Assembly (NCBI GenBank): GCA_041745395.1
Contig: JBGTIZ010000183.1
Location: 1 to 62,465, forward strand
Direction: 5' to 3'
Length of the DNA stretch: 62,465 nucleotides
Source: Candidatus Promineifilaceae bacterium
Lineage (GTDB): Bacteria; Chloroflexota; Anaerolineae; Promineifilales; Promineifilaceae
Shown here one piece after another: positions 62,407 to 62,465 of this stretch. A program made the translations under genes and the position numbers. The stretch's first letter is position 1. Each line of letters starts with the position of its first letter. The notes beneath the pieces are model-generated. The model did no database searches. It worked only from the letters and a program-made list of their open reading frames with translations, and was not told where the DNA came from.

Positions 62407-62465
62407 ATGGCAAGAAAACAGGATTATAAGGTTTGTTTAGCTGAAGCAGAACGCGATCATCTTAA
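62407..62465 (+). CDS. 5-prime end of an ORF cut by the window edge; possibly an IS630-type transposase or other HTH protein
   Basis: SD AAAAGGAGAAAAAAC-ATG. MARKQDYKVCLAEAERDHL resembles the M.RK..Y.V.L...ER..L N-terminus of IS630-family transposases. Only 19 codons are visible. Confidence 0.3.
   Translation, partial: MARKQDYKVCLAEAERDHL

Noticed and set aside
1-62465. Looked for rRNA, tRNA or tmRNA genes, prophage or integrase modules, and recognisable defence systems (R-M, CBASS, Abi, CRISPR-Cas).
   Set aside because: I saw no cloverleaf-like or rRNA-like conserved segments. Apart from two decayed TA loci and the edge-truncated SNF2 gene, I recognised no defence or phage gene families.

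Overview
The window is 62.5 kb of moderately GC-rich bacterial chromosome. Its gene content resembles a filamentous Chloroflexota-like organism, but that taxonomic guess is weak. I found no rRNA, tRNA, CRISPR array or prophage.

Gene content, left to right:
- A SNF2 helicase, 5-prime part only (1-2015, minus). It is missing from the ORF track because it runs off the left edge.
- An orphan HigA antitoxin with a toxin stub.
- An EamA transporter and two tandem AI-2E transporters.
- A cupin protein and a YggT-like membrane protein.
- A 2854-aa cyclic beta-1,2-glucan synthase.
- A roughly 10-kb minus-strand stress/dormancy island (16.1-26 kb). It holds a tandem Usp, two Lys-rich disordered proteins, a short HPF, a baeRF-like protein, a divergent cis-prenyltransferase, a rhomboid, DUF5661, two lmo0937-type mini-genes missed by the ORF track, DUF892/YciE, a CheY-only regulator, YtxH, GlsB/YmgE and CsbD.
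- An RCK-gated K+ channel.
- A secreted beta-helix protein and a histidine kinase.
- A roughly 2300-aa two-catalytic-domain amylopullulanase split by a one-base frameshift.
- KtrAB.
- Housekeeping-type enzymes (MBL hydrolase, DUF1801, F420/LLM oxidoreductase, APH-like kinase) and an SPFH protein.
- A second orphan antitoxin and another EamA transporter.
- Two paralogous giant secreted S8 proteases (1763 and 1850 aa).

Main hunt results:
1. The 10-bp palindrome CACGGCCGTG occurs 57 times, in genes of both strands, in all three frames, and in spacers. This is HIP1-like behaviour. The largest gap covers the first protease and its AT-rich leader.
2. All four signal-peptide proteins end in the same short tail (Y-[LS]-P-[IL]-V-x-[RH] at the extreme C-terminus). 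I propose it as an undescribed sorting or anchoring tag.
3. A conserved leader sits in front of three separately transcribed stress genes. It contains GCTGA pentamers at a strict 8-nt period.
4. Several further intergenic repeat families are present: heptamer-array hairpins and MITE-like elements.
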